Below are positions 52,717-64,000 of a stretch of 64,000 nt of DNA, piece after piece (the stretch's first letter is position 1; every line of letters starts with the position of its first letter). The notes beneath the pieces were generated by a model. The model was given only the letters and a program-made list of their open reading frames with translations, did no database searches and had not been told where the DNA came from. Source of the DNA: Styela clava. Its lineage: Eukaryota. The translations under genes were made by a program, and so were the position numbers. Where the stretch lies: assembly GCF_964204865.1 (NCBI RefSeq), contig NC_135259.1, forward strand, positions 11,098,001-11,162,000, given 5' to 3'.

Positions 52717-53340
52717 CAGCACTGTAGTCTTTACGTCCCATTGTCGAAGGCCCAAATTGCTGCAAAGATTGGCGGAAACTGGTACTTGCTTGGACACGAT
52801 TTACAAAAGGCACGAACGCGGTCGAACTAGACAACGAAGCAATCGATTCAACATTTTCCCACCATTGTTGAGACACCACACAAACTCATGACAGTTTATG
52901 AGGAGCTGCACGATGTTACACATCGCACTATAGCGGAATTGAACAAAGCCACTCATCCTACGTGCAACACCTTCTCAAACTATATGCACTCAACGCAAAC
53001 TGATTGGAGCACACGTGAGCAATTTATCATCACATGCAAAGCGTACAAAATGTGCCAGTTACTTATGCATCAAATACAACCATGTTTTCCTCGGACAAGA
53101 AATCTTTTTCTTCATATCTGGGACAATACCAGGTAATACGAGACAGTCAATAATACTATATACGACACAAACCGCATCGTGATACCTTCGAACCGATTTT
53201 GACAAACCTGTTTTCGGCACATCAAAGAACATCTGTAATATATGCAAGGGAAAGACGTTCATATTACTTGCCTGGCACTACAAACCGAAAAGTCGTCACG
53301 GTGACCGCTCTGCTAGCAAGAGACAAACTCCCAGCCGAAC
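52717..53340 (+). mobile_element. Fossil Ty3/Gypsy LTR-retrotransposon pol fragment (RNase H-like to integrase zinc-binding region)
   Basis: Decayed frames PNCCKDWRKLVLAWTRFT (RT-RNaseH-like), DTNRIVIPS and LFSAHQRTSVIYARERRSYYLPG (cf. RIVIP...LHSAHQG...RAR.SVYWPG). Frameshifted and deleted. Confidence 0.7.
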
Positions 53341-54894
53341 GAAACGGCCACTTGCTGAGGCAATACAATCAATATGAAAGAGAAATGCCAGTACTCTACC
53401 TCCTCCCCCATTACGTTGAAATGCTGCTTTTTAATTAAATTGCAACGTGTCTCAAATTTATTTCTGGTTTTAGCGTGTCATCTTCAAAAAAGATTGGAAA
53501 CACTGTTAACCCAAAACGAAGACTGCCAATTACCACGCATTTCCTTCATTTCAGTTATTTGTTCGTGAATCGACTTTGCATAGCATGGGTGTTGTTTGGG
53601 AATGACAGACTCTTACTCTAAAAGCAAGATCAAATTATGTTGAGGATCACAATATCTCTTCCATTGTTGCATGGAAGGGTCTGTCATATCCAGCCTAACA
53701 AAACGTCACTGTTACAGTGGAATTTGGTATTTGTCCCAGGTGATATATTACCTGAAGATTTAATCTTCAATCAGTTTTTCTGTTTATCTTTTTTGCATCT
53801 CTACGGCTATGAGAGATGAAATATTTCAATATCTACACCGCATCAGTACATATGAAGATAAACATTGCTTTGGTGTCGTTAATGCTGATGGACAAAGAGA
53901 CCCACGGCCATTTATAGCTACGACAAAACGTGTTGAAGTGATTTATTTGGGCCTATAATTTAATTTAAAACAATAATGGAACTGGATACCCGCTATCACC
54001 TTTCGAATATCTATTACCGACTTAAACCGTTGAAGCGTAAATATATATATATATACTACTACGGTTGAAGTACTTGCTCATTATGAAGTTTGGGTTTTTC
54101 GTATTGTCTATACATACAGTAGTGGAAGCAAGATTTCGAGTCATGTCATTTTGCAAAAATGTGCGAAATGTAAGATGTTTTCAAGACTAACATAACTCCA
54201 GACCACTCTCAGTCAAGCGGCGAATCTAGATATAGCAAATACTGACCGAGGTGAATCAACGCCAAGGTGGTCGTATTCTAGAGCAGTGTGTGGAATACAT
54301 AGTAGCTAAATGTTAACGATAGCACTCAATTCACACCGGGTGGAGACATTTCCGTTGAGGGTCTCCCAGTAGACGTGATGTATATTTGACCGCCACATTT
54401 TTGTATCTTTGCGAATCAGAATTGGATTGGACATAAAGGTCGTTTGTTCTAGAAAAAAGTTGATATGTTGTTGACAAAGAACTTTTATTTACATACAAGG
54501 TGAGACGACTGTTTTTATTTATTTGGTAAAAGATATCACGATTTTTCGCAAAATGAACAATAAGGTATATTAGTTTGATCCAGCAGAAGCGTGATGGTTA
54601 ACGTGATAAACTTTGTTTTCCTCATATGCAGTTTATAATTTCCGAACTAAGATGTAGTTTTATATTTAGAACACGTATGGCGCTATGGAGCCGATTATCT
54701 TGTTAGTGCAAAAATATCACATGGAATTAGAGCATTTTTGTGATATTTTCTTTCTACTTTACTTTTAATTAGTTTTTGGTGAGTCAATCTCACGTAGTCT
54801 ACGTTCACATCTATAGACATTCACAATAATAGGCATTTGCACTAAGGGTACAGTAGTTTCAAACATTTTCGTGTGTCAATGCTCATGCGTGCTA

Positions 54895-55050
54895 ATGTCA
54901 GTTTGTGAAAATGTCTATCGGAGTAGATGGATATGGATGCAAGTATTCATGATCAAAAATGCCCGTGGGTGTAAATGTATAGCTCGTAATATCCGTGGGT
55001 AGGAAAGTCTGTATGTCCTCGGTGTAGTTTACGGGCGAAATGGACGTAAT
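54895..55050. repeat. Degenerate short-period subrepeat tract, probably a MITE remnant
   Basis: Recurrent ccgtgggt / aaatgt motifs, which explain the repetitive minus-strand ORF 54898-55086. Confidence 0.35.
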
Positions 55051-56645
55051 ATCAAAGATAGTTTTACATTTATCGACAGTCAACAATCGCCTCTATCAAT
55101 TTTGGCCTATAAAAGTGTGTTCACGTGCAATCCCATGGATTGTAGGAATCTAGTTTGGAGATATGCCGATGCCACGATGTTTCGCCTTGCAGAGAAGCAT
55201 GGCGTACTGTAGGTTTTACAGACGTTCTCAAGATTTCAACTATCGTCGCACCATAACAGCACTCTCTCTACACAAATAAATGAAACGAGCAACCTGATCA
55301 TAGTGCATGGTGTTGAGATGATGATGAGCTTAGTGATCTCCAACGATCTTTAATATTTAGAGACCTTTTCTCCGATTTCTGAAGCATTGGAAATGACAGA
55401 ATCTATCAGGTTCTAATTCATGATTTAATATATTTATATAGGGCTGAACTAAAATGACTCCTCACCTCAAGCCTAACTATTGACTGGAAATCTTTGCGCT
55501 TCTGACATAATGGATTCCAGCAAGTTGTGAGACAATCGTTATTAATACATCACAATTGAACCAAATTTTCATGGCCTTTCCCAATAGTAACAAAAAACAA
55601 ATTATGTTTGCAATAATTCTAACCTTTCAAAATGCGTTATCCCTCACTCGCCCTTTCGCACAGACAGAATATTTTGAAGTTTTCTATGTCGAAACCCTAA
55701 AAACACGTTGGAAATTTTAATAGAAGAAGTTTTTTTCGAAGAATTTCGCAGTTTAATAAAATAAGAAAGATTCTAAAGAGCTAATATTTTCTAATCGCGA
55801 TATATTTCTGCTAAACGGAGAAGCAGTAAACCACTAAAACATTGCTTATTACCCACAATATTTGAATGCTGCTTACTAAAGTCCAAGCCTAAGTCAGCAA
55901 CTTCTTGTAGGAGCATTGCTATATTTTCAAACACTCAATTACAGATACCAACTTGCATGTTTCTGGGTGAATGCGAGCAAATATAGCTTAAAAAGTTATA
56001 TGGGATATTCCAATGTGAATAAATAGATGTAAATTACGACATGGTATTACATTCCCTTGTCTGATTTGAACTCCTATTGGTTAGTTTTCGCTGTGACTAA
56101 TAGTATAAATATGTATATGATTTTTTTTTTAAATCTCACAGAATTTATATAGTTCAGTATCGGTGAAGTATATTCGTTTGGTAAAAAAAGCATATGGAGT
56201 CACTCAACTAAAATTAAAAATTGTAGTACAAAGGGAATATAAAAGAGCCCACGGTTCTATATAATCACATTTAATATAAAAAACTAGCTTAGGCCTAGTT
56301 TGTTTTTGAAGTATGTGCAAGATATGTAATAAAATAACGCTACTACGCCGTGTAGAAGTGTGTGTCCAGTATTGTACACACAGTTGGGTTTTCTCTTTAA
56401 CAATTAAAATTTGTGATCCATTACTGGAAATAATGAATACCTTTTAAGGGAGAACAATTTGCACCGATTAATTTCTCGATGTGGCCATTCGAAATGGTAA
56501 GAAGTTTTTCAGCATTTTTTTTAGCCATAGCCATAACTGAATTCTTGTCACAACCGAAGAATTAAAATAAAAAATTCACATCGCCTGTATTAGCATGACC
56601 CTCGAATTTCTGAGGAATTGTCTATTACAAATTGACCATCAAACC

Positions 56646-56702
56646 ACAGACAAACAGACAAATACCTATCAACATACTTACCGATTAAAATCGATAAGTA
56701 AC
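56646..56702 (-). mobile_element. 5' fragment of the Helentron/DINE-like family
   Basis: acagacaaacagacaaatacctatcaacatacttaccgattaaaatcgataagtaa is a near reverse complement of the 5' end of the 18.9 kb and 19.7 kb elements. Confidence 0.8.
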
Positions 56703-59700
56703 AATATAAACCTCATGTAATTTTGAATTTCAAGCTCCCGGACACAATATCTTTTTATTGTCACACAATATCCTCCTTAGAAAGCCCCTGTAGGGAATTT
56801 AAAGATTACAGGCTTTGTAAGCATTGCATAAAAATTCGCAGGTTTTGGGTGGTAACATTCTACAGTTTAAAGACAAATTGTTATTCATCACCTTAAGAAG
56901 GTTGCCAACATGCCAACGCTTTCGATTAGGACTGGCACAAAAAAATGACATACCATCTATTTTTTGTAATTTAACTTTGTATTTGACAAACGACATTTCA
57001 TTTCATTTTCATAGTTTTAAATTAAAAGTTGGACATATATTAACAGCTAAACTCTGGCAGTTTAAAAAAGCATTTAATTGGGAAACAACATTCTTACAAT
57101 AGCACATATCTGACATTTGCTTCGTTATGCAGTGTCTATCTGCGGTATTTTAACATTTTATATAGCATGTTTTTGAATTTAATCTCGTATAACATTGAAA
57201 TCATACGACATAGATTTGATTGCCATGTAAAAATACAATGCTCTGATGCCTCAAAATTATTTCTCTAGATTACTTGATGTGTGAAGTAAACCGCAGAGCA
57301 TCAATTATTAGCAATTATGCCAATTTTCACAAGCCTATGTTTAACTTGCGGTGAAATGATGTAGAAAAAATTTAATTTTATCCAATAATAATAACTTTTA
57401 TTTGGGGTTACTAAGATCGTAAAATAGATACTTTATTAATTGACAATGGAAAACAATTATCCTTTTCGTACCTTTGAAATTTTCGTTACCTTTTTTGTAT
57501 GGAATCGCTATTTTTAAATAAGTCCTTTACATTTTGTCATTCTTATCTTCTTTCAAAAATTTTAAATGAAGCTTTTGAGTCATAAACATTCTATTTGAAA
57601 CGTGATTGAAAATGGAAATAATTCAAACCACAACGCATTTTAATTGTCCGTAATAGCTTCCTACTAACCTTTTCACAAACATCTAATCTCTTCATAATCT
57701 ATAGTTTGTTACAGATTATTAAAAATTGACACCAGGCGAACGTGAAAATATTTTATACAGTGCACGATTTTAGGTTATAGCAAATACTCATTAGAACAAA
57801 CCTATCCTACGCCATCAAGAAGATATTTGTTTCAAAAAAATTAGTTAAATTCAAAATCTTGATCAGGTTTGCTTCGGGTAAAGGTGTATATTCGCAGCCG
57901 ATGGGAATTTTGTATTTGCGTGGCGACTACTAGAAAAAGGTTTGAATCAGAAGTTGACAATATCTAGGTATCTGTGAAATAAATGCATCATTGAATCGTT
58001 CTTTTTGTTACCGTAACTCTCCCGTGTTCTTGTATTGTCGTTGTTCTCCAATACGCCATGTTAAATATGATGGGGATTTTACTGATTTTTTTATTAGTGT
58101 TTTCTACAATGCACAATGTTAAGTATATGTGAATAAAAACTGCCATTTTATATCTAATAATAGAAACATCCAGGTGCTCTAATTACCGGTGCCCGTTGAC
58201 ATTTTATATATAATATTCCATGAAATCGTAGGTTTGAATTCCACGAAAATGTTGAACACGAAATCTCTTTGTCTGTGTAAATTTAGCTTCAATATTGTGG
58301 TCAATTTCTTTTCGAGGCTTTCTAATAATATATACATGGGTTTTGGAAACCCCGAAGTATCTTTTATATATCGGAAATGAATAGCATTTATTTCTGAAAG
58401 ATCTATTTAGTGTCTTCGCGAGACATACAATACACCACAATTAAAGGATCAAAACACTGGGGAAATGATAAGAAAATAATATGTGGGAGATTTTAATTTT
58501 ATTTCTATAAATTGATAAAATAAATTGATTTTATTTATATAAAACTATAATTTTGATCACACAGGTGGCAATTTAATGATTTTGTAAATGAATTTTCATC
58601 TTTTTTTGTTCAAAAACTTCGTTTTACAAATGTCTCTGAGTAGGCAAATTACGGAGTTTGTTAAAACTTGTTTCCTACAACAGAATATATGACAAAAATT
58701 GCACAGAGTGTCTTAACGTGCACCTACATAGTATATTTATGATCATGCTTTCCAAATGCCCTGTAGGCCGTGTGCACAAATGCATTGAGTGTTTTAAGTT
58801 ATATAATTACGAGTAGATTCGTCATAGCCCTGATTCAAAACATAATAAAAATGCAAGACGATGACAGCGTACTTTCGCAATACGCACGCGAATCTTATGA
58901 AAAAACAGATGAATTAAAGTATAGCTAACTTAACTAATAGTAAAACTAATGGGCGAATAGTTTAAGTTAGTCGAGATTATTGAATTCATGCTGATTTACA
59001 AACATAACGTTTACTTTACGTGCTAAAGATACTAAGATTGTATATGCTCATTGACAGTGTTAAACTTTTGACCGCATCGAAATTCGTGGGCACGGACGTC
59101 TAATTGTTTAATTAAATTTATCTTATAAACGACATTGAAAATAACACCTGAGTATTTCCAGACTCCAAAGTTGATATTTACATTCAAACTTATCTGAATA
59201 CATTGTAATTTGGACTTCTGAATTAAAAAATTTATTTCTAGTGTTCTCGATTTTAAAGTTATTTTCAATACAATTGTTTGAAACGATCACGAGTAATCAT
59301 GCAATGGAAATATCATATTTTTTTTGAAGAATAAAAGTAAAATAAATACTGAAACACTCGTAAGGTCATTAAAAATTGTCAATGACTTCGATGAACGTTC
59401 AATGGTTCAAACTTTCACACGCCATTTTTAGAAAACTTTATGAGAGATAATTAAGAGCACGCGAATTCCTGATTTTAAATTCGACACAACACTATTGTAA
59501 TTACTCAATGTTTTTTATGGCGTGAAAGTGATTCACACAAAATATCGTAATTTAGTTATAACAACCAAAAATTAGATTTAATTTGAATATCGACGGTGGA
59601 TCAGAAATACAATTTCGGGAACACTTAATTACAGACCATTTAATAAATAATTTTCAAATGATCAGCCAAGTGTTTGTCATAGAAGAGAAGAGCAGCTTAG

Positions 59701-59841
59701 GGACTATCTATCTATGATACATACATAAAAGAAACCTTTCCTAATGAAACAATAATGCCCCGATTGTTAAAATTCTTACGTCGAATAGCTGATCCTATTA
59801 GTCAATTTTCTGAACACATGGAAAGTGGATGTTCGTTTGCA

Positions 59842-62212
59842 ATGCATTGTCCAAGGCAACTTCTTCGAAGAAAGTTAACGTTAATCACGATTGCAGTTTG
59901 GTGTTTTCTGATATTGAGTATTGAAGGTGAGAAAATTTGTTATTCTCTGGGACACTGTATATGCACTGACATTAAAGTGTGGAGATATCGCGGATTGTTA
60001 TTAACTTACTTACGATGTGTTACGTGATGTAGGTGTAGCGCGGTACAAATGTTTCATATTTACTTCTACCTTCGAGGAAATTACATGAGTGCCTAGTTTA
60101 CAATTTAGTTCAGGACATATGCAACAAGTGTGAAACTGATATTTTGCTATATCGAAATTTACGGTTGAATTAAGACATTTTGATTCGATTTTTTTTGCAA
60201 ATGCCCCAGGTTTTCAGTTGTGCAACACTATTCCATGCTGTATGCTTGTCACCTATCGAACTATTTTCTCAATCGGTATTGGCTTCAGTATATTAGCAAA
60301 ATAGGTCGTTTATCTGCATAAAACACATATTATATCACAACATTTCGAACGTCAAATTAAGCTAATATAAATAGATACTAACAGTTTTTTTTAAACGAAG
60401 TTTTAAGTATGTGAATGATACATTGAACTTGTTAGGTGATAAAATCAAACCGTTTTCTGAATTTTATAGATTTTTCATTGTATTGCTGTTACGACATCTG
60501 AACATTTTATTCAAACTTTTATTTTTGTTTGGTTGTGCTGTCCCTCGAAAACGCTTTAGGGGGTTACTGAAGTAACAAGATTGAATATGTACGATATACT
60601 CATTGCTTAATAAAATTCATATATATATAGCCTATATTATTACTATTGGACTTTAGGTGACCGGAGTATTAAATTTGGGGTTCTTATATGAAAGTTTCTC
60701 CAAGTACGGGGACATTAAACTCTTTTAAATTATGTGCATTGTTAAATAATTCCTATTTATTTCGTAGGGTGTCACAGTAAAGGTAAAGAAAAGCATCCAA
60801 TAGTTGCACGAATGCTAATTCGAGTTTCTTTTGTCACTGTCGACGTGGACGAGACCGACGATAAAACGTTACATATAGACGCGTGTGCAGATAGAGCAGT
60901 AAGTATTTTTACAAATTTTATTGCATTTTTGAACCACATGTTCATTTAACAAAAATAAATTAATCACATCAACAAGACGTTTTGGTGCTCCCGAAGATGG
61001 CGGACACCGGGACGTACTATGTGTACCGGGTTAGGGTTAGGCCATAATTTCAGGTACAAATACAACGGGAGTCACTTGGCTAGTCCCCGAACTCGTAATA
61101 GAACTAAAATAGAAAAAATTGGAACAAAATTATGGCCTAACTCTAACCTGGTACATATACTACGTTTCGGTGTCTGCCATCTTGGTTCGCATACTTTGGG
61201 AGTAACGACTTTTTTTGCATATTCCCAGTTGCTTATTGCAGTAATTCGAGAGTCTTAGCGTACACCAACACAAATAAAATATTAGATACGTTCCGAAAGG
61301 CTGCAGGAAACGTTACAAAAATACATTTTTGCATTTCTCACTTCAGTTTCGCATGACCCTTATATCATTTAGAATAGTTAGTTTCACTCGTGCACCCTCG
61401 CATTATAAGTATTGAGATCTATTAGAGTGACACCATTAAAGAACATGTATTTGGTTACGCAGAAACCCAATCGATAGTACATGGCGAATTTTATTTTAAT
61501 TCTACAAATAGTGGTATCGGTATATAGCGGAAACTCCTTAGTAACAAATCTACTTTGTCAAATATTTTTTTTTGCGCAGTCATACGCGAATTATTTTATT
61601 TTGATGTCAATATTTAAATCTGCGCATGACACTTAATAAGGTATTCCTATGATAAATCGATCTCCGAGACAGTGTTTTCCTAAAATTATGCCATTTTATG
61701 GATTTCCTTCAGTGAATGAATACCTAAATGTTATACCACATTCTTTCTTTATTTGTAAATATTATTTAATTCATTGACAGGTATATGGATATAGATCATC
61801 CTTAAAGACATATTTCCTTTCTAATACGTCACTTATGAAAGTATTAGAGGATGGTGAAGACGAAAACTTTTTGACAATGTTGAGAAAACTTCATAGATTA
61901 TGGATATGTGACAAATTTTATACGATATGTAAAAAGTTCACGGTGAGTAGTAAGAGTTTGAATTCATATATATTCTCAAAAAAAAGGCTCTGCATGTACA
62001 AGAATGAACTTTCTGTCGATGCGAAATGTGTAATTAATAAACGAAACGAAAAGCAGTAATTAGGAACAATCAGATGTGTTTCATTTTTCGGATAGCTTCA
62101 AATCGTGGTTTGCTTAAAAAATTTCTCTTCGAAAATCTTATTGTTTCTATTTCAGTGGTGCATTTATTGCAAACATATTCCGGAACTCAGAGCGGTGGGA
62201 TTGTGCAGATAA
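59842..62212 (+). CDS. Uncharacterised small secreted Cys-containing protein, 4 exons, 144 aa (173 aa if ATG 59755 is used); helical-cytokine-like by inference
   Basis: Exons 59842-59926 (MHCPRQLLRRKLTLITIAVWCFLILSIE G|gtgaga), 60768-60898 (tag|..CHSKGKEKHPIVARMLIRVSFVTVDVDETDDKTLHIDACADRA|gtaagt), 61781-61942 (cag|VYGYRSSLKTYFLSNTSLMKVLEDGEDENFLTMLRKLHRLWICDKFYTICKKFT|gtgagt), 62156-62212 (cag|WCIYCKHIPELRAVGLCR*). Strong canonical splice sites, phases 1,0,0. Exon 2 is open only in the required frame. N-terminus is signal-peptide-like. Confidence 0.75.
60984..61206. mobile_element. MITE with nested inverted repeats and probable 8-bp TSD, in intron 2 of the secreted-protein gene
   Basis: Termini ggtgctcccgaag / ctttgggagtaac; inner arms aagatggcggacacc / ggtgtctgccatctt and ggttagggttaggccataat / attatggcctaactctaacc; flanks gacgtttt / gacttttt. 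Confidence 0.8.
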
Positions 62213-63359
62213 CAAGACTTGGAAGTGATAATAATCACTGACATATTTTGACAAAAACGTCGAGATCGCTTACGATATTCCAAATCTGGAACCCAAAGTC
62301 AACGAGAGTTAAAGCGTAAATCATCAACCTAACACAACACTTCAAAATTATTTCCTCTTGACAGAAAGCTTGATTGAAAATGTGAATTGTTTTTTCATTA
62401 TCAACCGAATGATGTAAGGAATTTGAACCAGTACTTTTTGAATGTTGAACCTATTTGACATAAACCGATGTGAAGTAGAAATTCCAAGCGTACTTGAGCA
62501 AGAAAACTCAAACGTACTCGATCAATTACTTGGGTTTCTCTTGAAATATCTATGTAATCATTTCAGTTGGTTACATAAATACGAATTTAATACGTGACTT
62601 ACGATAGCCAATTATGACTACTGAGTTTATTATGCGGATCAACGTGTTTTGTAATTCATTTGAGACAATGATAAAGCATTTATTTTTTCACATTTCTGCG
62701 AGATTCATAAGTATAGCCGCTGGTCGGCAACACGTCTTTTATTTATGACGCATTTTTATCAATTTATCTTTATGATTATATTTAATCGATTTTGTTAATA
62801 TAAAAACACATTGTAATTGTTTATCTTTTCATTAAATCGAAACGTTCCGTTCCAGCAACTTCTCAAATTGACGCAAATGTCAAAGACATCACTGCGGTTT
62901 TAAGCTGGAAGTCGGAAAATTATTGATATGAATTGAACTTTTATAAGTTCATCATTATTACGCCATTTAATTATGGCAGCAAAAATTTCGTCCGGAGATT
63001 CGGGGAACATACGTAGTAGGTAGCAACTCCAGACAACTAGCTATAATCTGCTGACATTTTTGGTAATTAGATATACTTATTTTACAGCAGGGTAATTTTG
63101 GAATTTTACTTGCCACCCGTTAGTTGAGGTTATTTTTAACGATCGTATATTCTAAAAGAAGACAAAAAGGACTATATCTGAGGAGATGACATATTAAATT
63201 AACTGCTATATTTTTCAAAAAAATCACGCATATCCTCAAATGTTGCTATATATTAGAGCGAGTTAGTTGGAGGTACCAGGTATTAGCTATTGCACGGTAG
63301 GAAAACCTATTTTATCATAGATTTACCGACACAGTTTGAGGACTACCTACGGCCATTGA

Positions 63360-63710
63360 AACGAGATAGCAATGCTCAAATATATGAACACGAAAGCCAA
63401 AACAAAATGGTATCAAATCTATTACAGTACCGGTAGTCTGATCACCCGATCACCGAGATGTGATCACGGAACCACGGCACCCAATTTTTAATGACGTCAT
63501 CACACAAAACTTTGAAGTGAAAACGAATCTCATAGAGCCCACATCCATTTTTAAATAAACTGAAAACCTTATTTAATTGCCTTCTAGAGTCAACAAACTT
63601 CAACCACTGGAAATTTTATTGGTCCAGTAGTTGAAGATAATAGCACAAAAATAAAAAAAATTTCACAACGTAATAACAAAACGTGCTATAGGCCCACTTC
63701 GTTTCCAATA
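63360..63710. mobile_element. Probable second Helentron/DINE-like non-autonomous family
   Basis: Terminal mini-hairpin agcaatgct, degenerate subterminal inverted pair tgaacacga / tcgtttcca, internal gatcac repeats, no TSD seen. Single copy in the window. Confidence 0.35.
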
Positions 63711-64000
63711 AAAGAACATAAGGAATAGTGTTCGTTCACTGCAGTTCTTCGCGATACAAGCATATGGTATAGTTTACTATGACGGCAGCTTGCTTGATTT
63801 CCAAAAAACATCGTTAATATAAGCACTAAATGCCTACACGAACCATGGCCATATGACATTCAATCATTAACAATTGTTTTTAGTCGTTTACAACATTCAG
63901 AATAATGCCTAACATTTTGTAGTTATTTTACCATAAAAAGGCAATAATATAGTGGCGGCTCTGTACTTCAGTCAAGAATATCGAATTCCGACACTTTGTT

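Noticed and set aside
53640-53770. Minus-strand GNISPGTNTKFHCNSDVLLGWI*QTLPCNNG, vaguely Sushi/CCP-like
   Set aside because: Short, contains stops, lacks the conserved Trp and has no supporting neighbouring exons.
55318-55382. ATGATGA ... CTGA pair resembling a C/D-box snoRNA
   Set aside because: No terminal stem, no recognisable rRNA guide and no host intron.
59927-60027. Continuation EKICYSLGHCICTDIK of ORF 59755-60027, resembling an LRR N-terminal cap
   Set aside because: It lies after the strong G|gtgaga donor that phases correctly with the next exon, so it is treated as intron read-through.
1-64000. Prokaryote-type systems (CRISPR arrays, operons, rRNA) and the remaining 60-100 aa ORFs in the track
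   Set aside because: The sequence is intron-containing eukaryotic DNA with no regularly spaced repeat-spacer array or rRNA-like segment. The short ORFs have AT-biased random composition or are exon read-throughs.

Overview
AT-rich eukaryotic genomic DNA with GT-AG spliceosomal introns. Gene content and repeat style suggest an invertebrate chordate, most likely an ascidian tunicate (inference). The ORF track is mostly noise, so genes were assembled by hand from splice sites. Three spliced genes are recognisable and frame-consistent: a meteorin/METRNL-family secreted protein (+, 618-12738, 6 exons, 364 aa, ~10 kb second intron), core-binding factor beta (-, 23683-34868, 6 exons, 182 aa) and a DAPP1/Bam32-like SH2-PH adaptor (-, 42129-47234, 5 coding exons, 269 aa). 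Two orphans are also present. One is an intronless 7-transmembrane receptor-like ORF (-, 37992-38927). The other is a 4-exon small secreted protein (+, ~59842-62212, 144 aa) whose intron phases (1,0,0), size and helix pattern suggest a four-helix-bundle cytokine-like fold; this is the most interesting candidate and is a hypothesis only. The CBF-beta C-terminus carries an NLS-like KRPR motif and there is a possible alternative terminal exon without it. Intergenic and intronic space holds non-autonomous DNA transposons (9-bp-TSD MULE-like MITEs, 8-bp-TSD elements, Helentron/DINE-like repeats) and fossil hAT (Charlie/Buster) and Ty3/Gypsy coding fragments.
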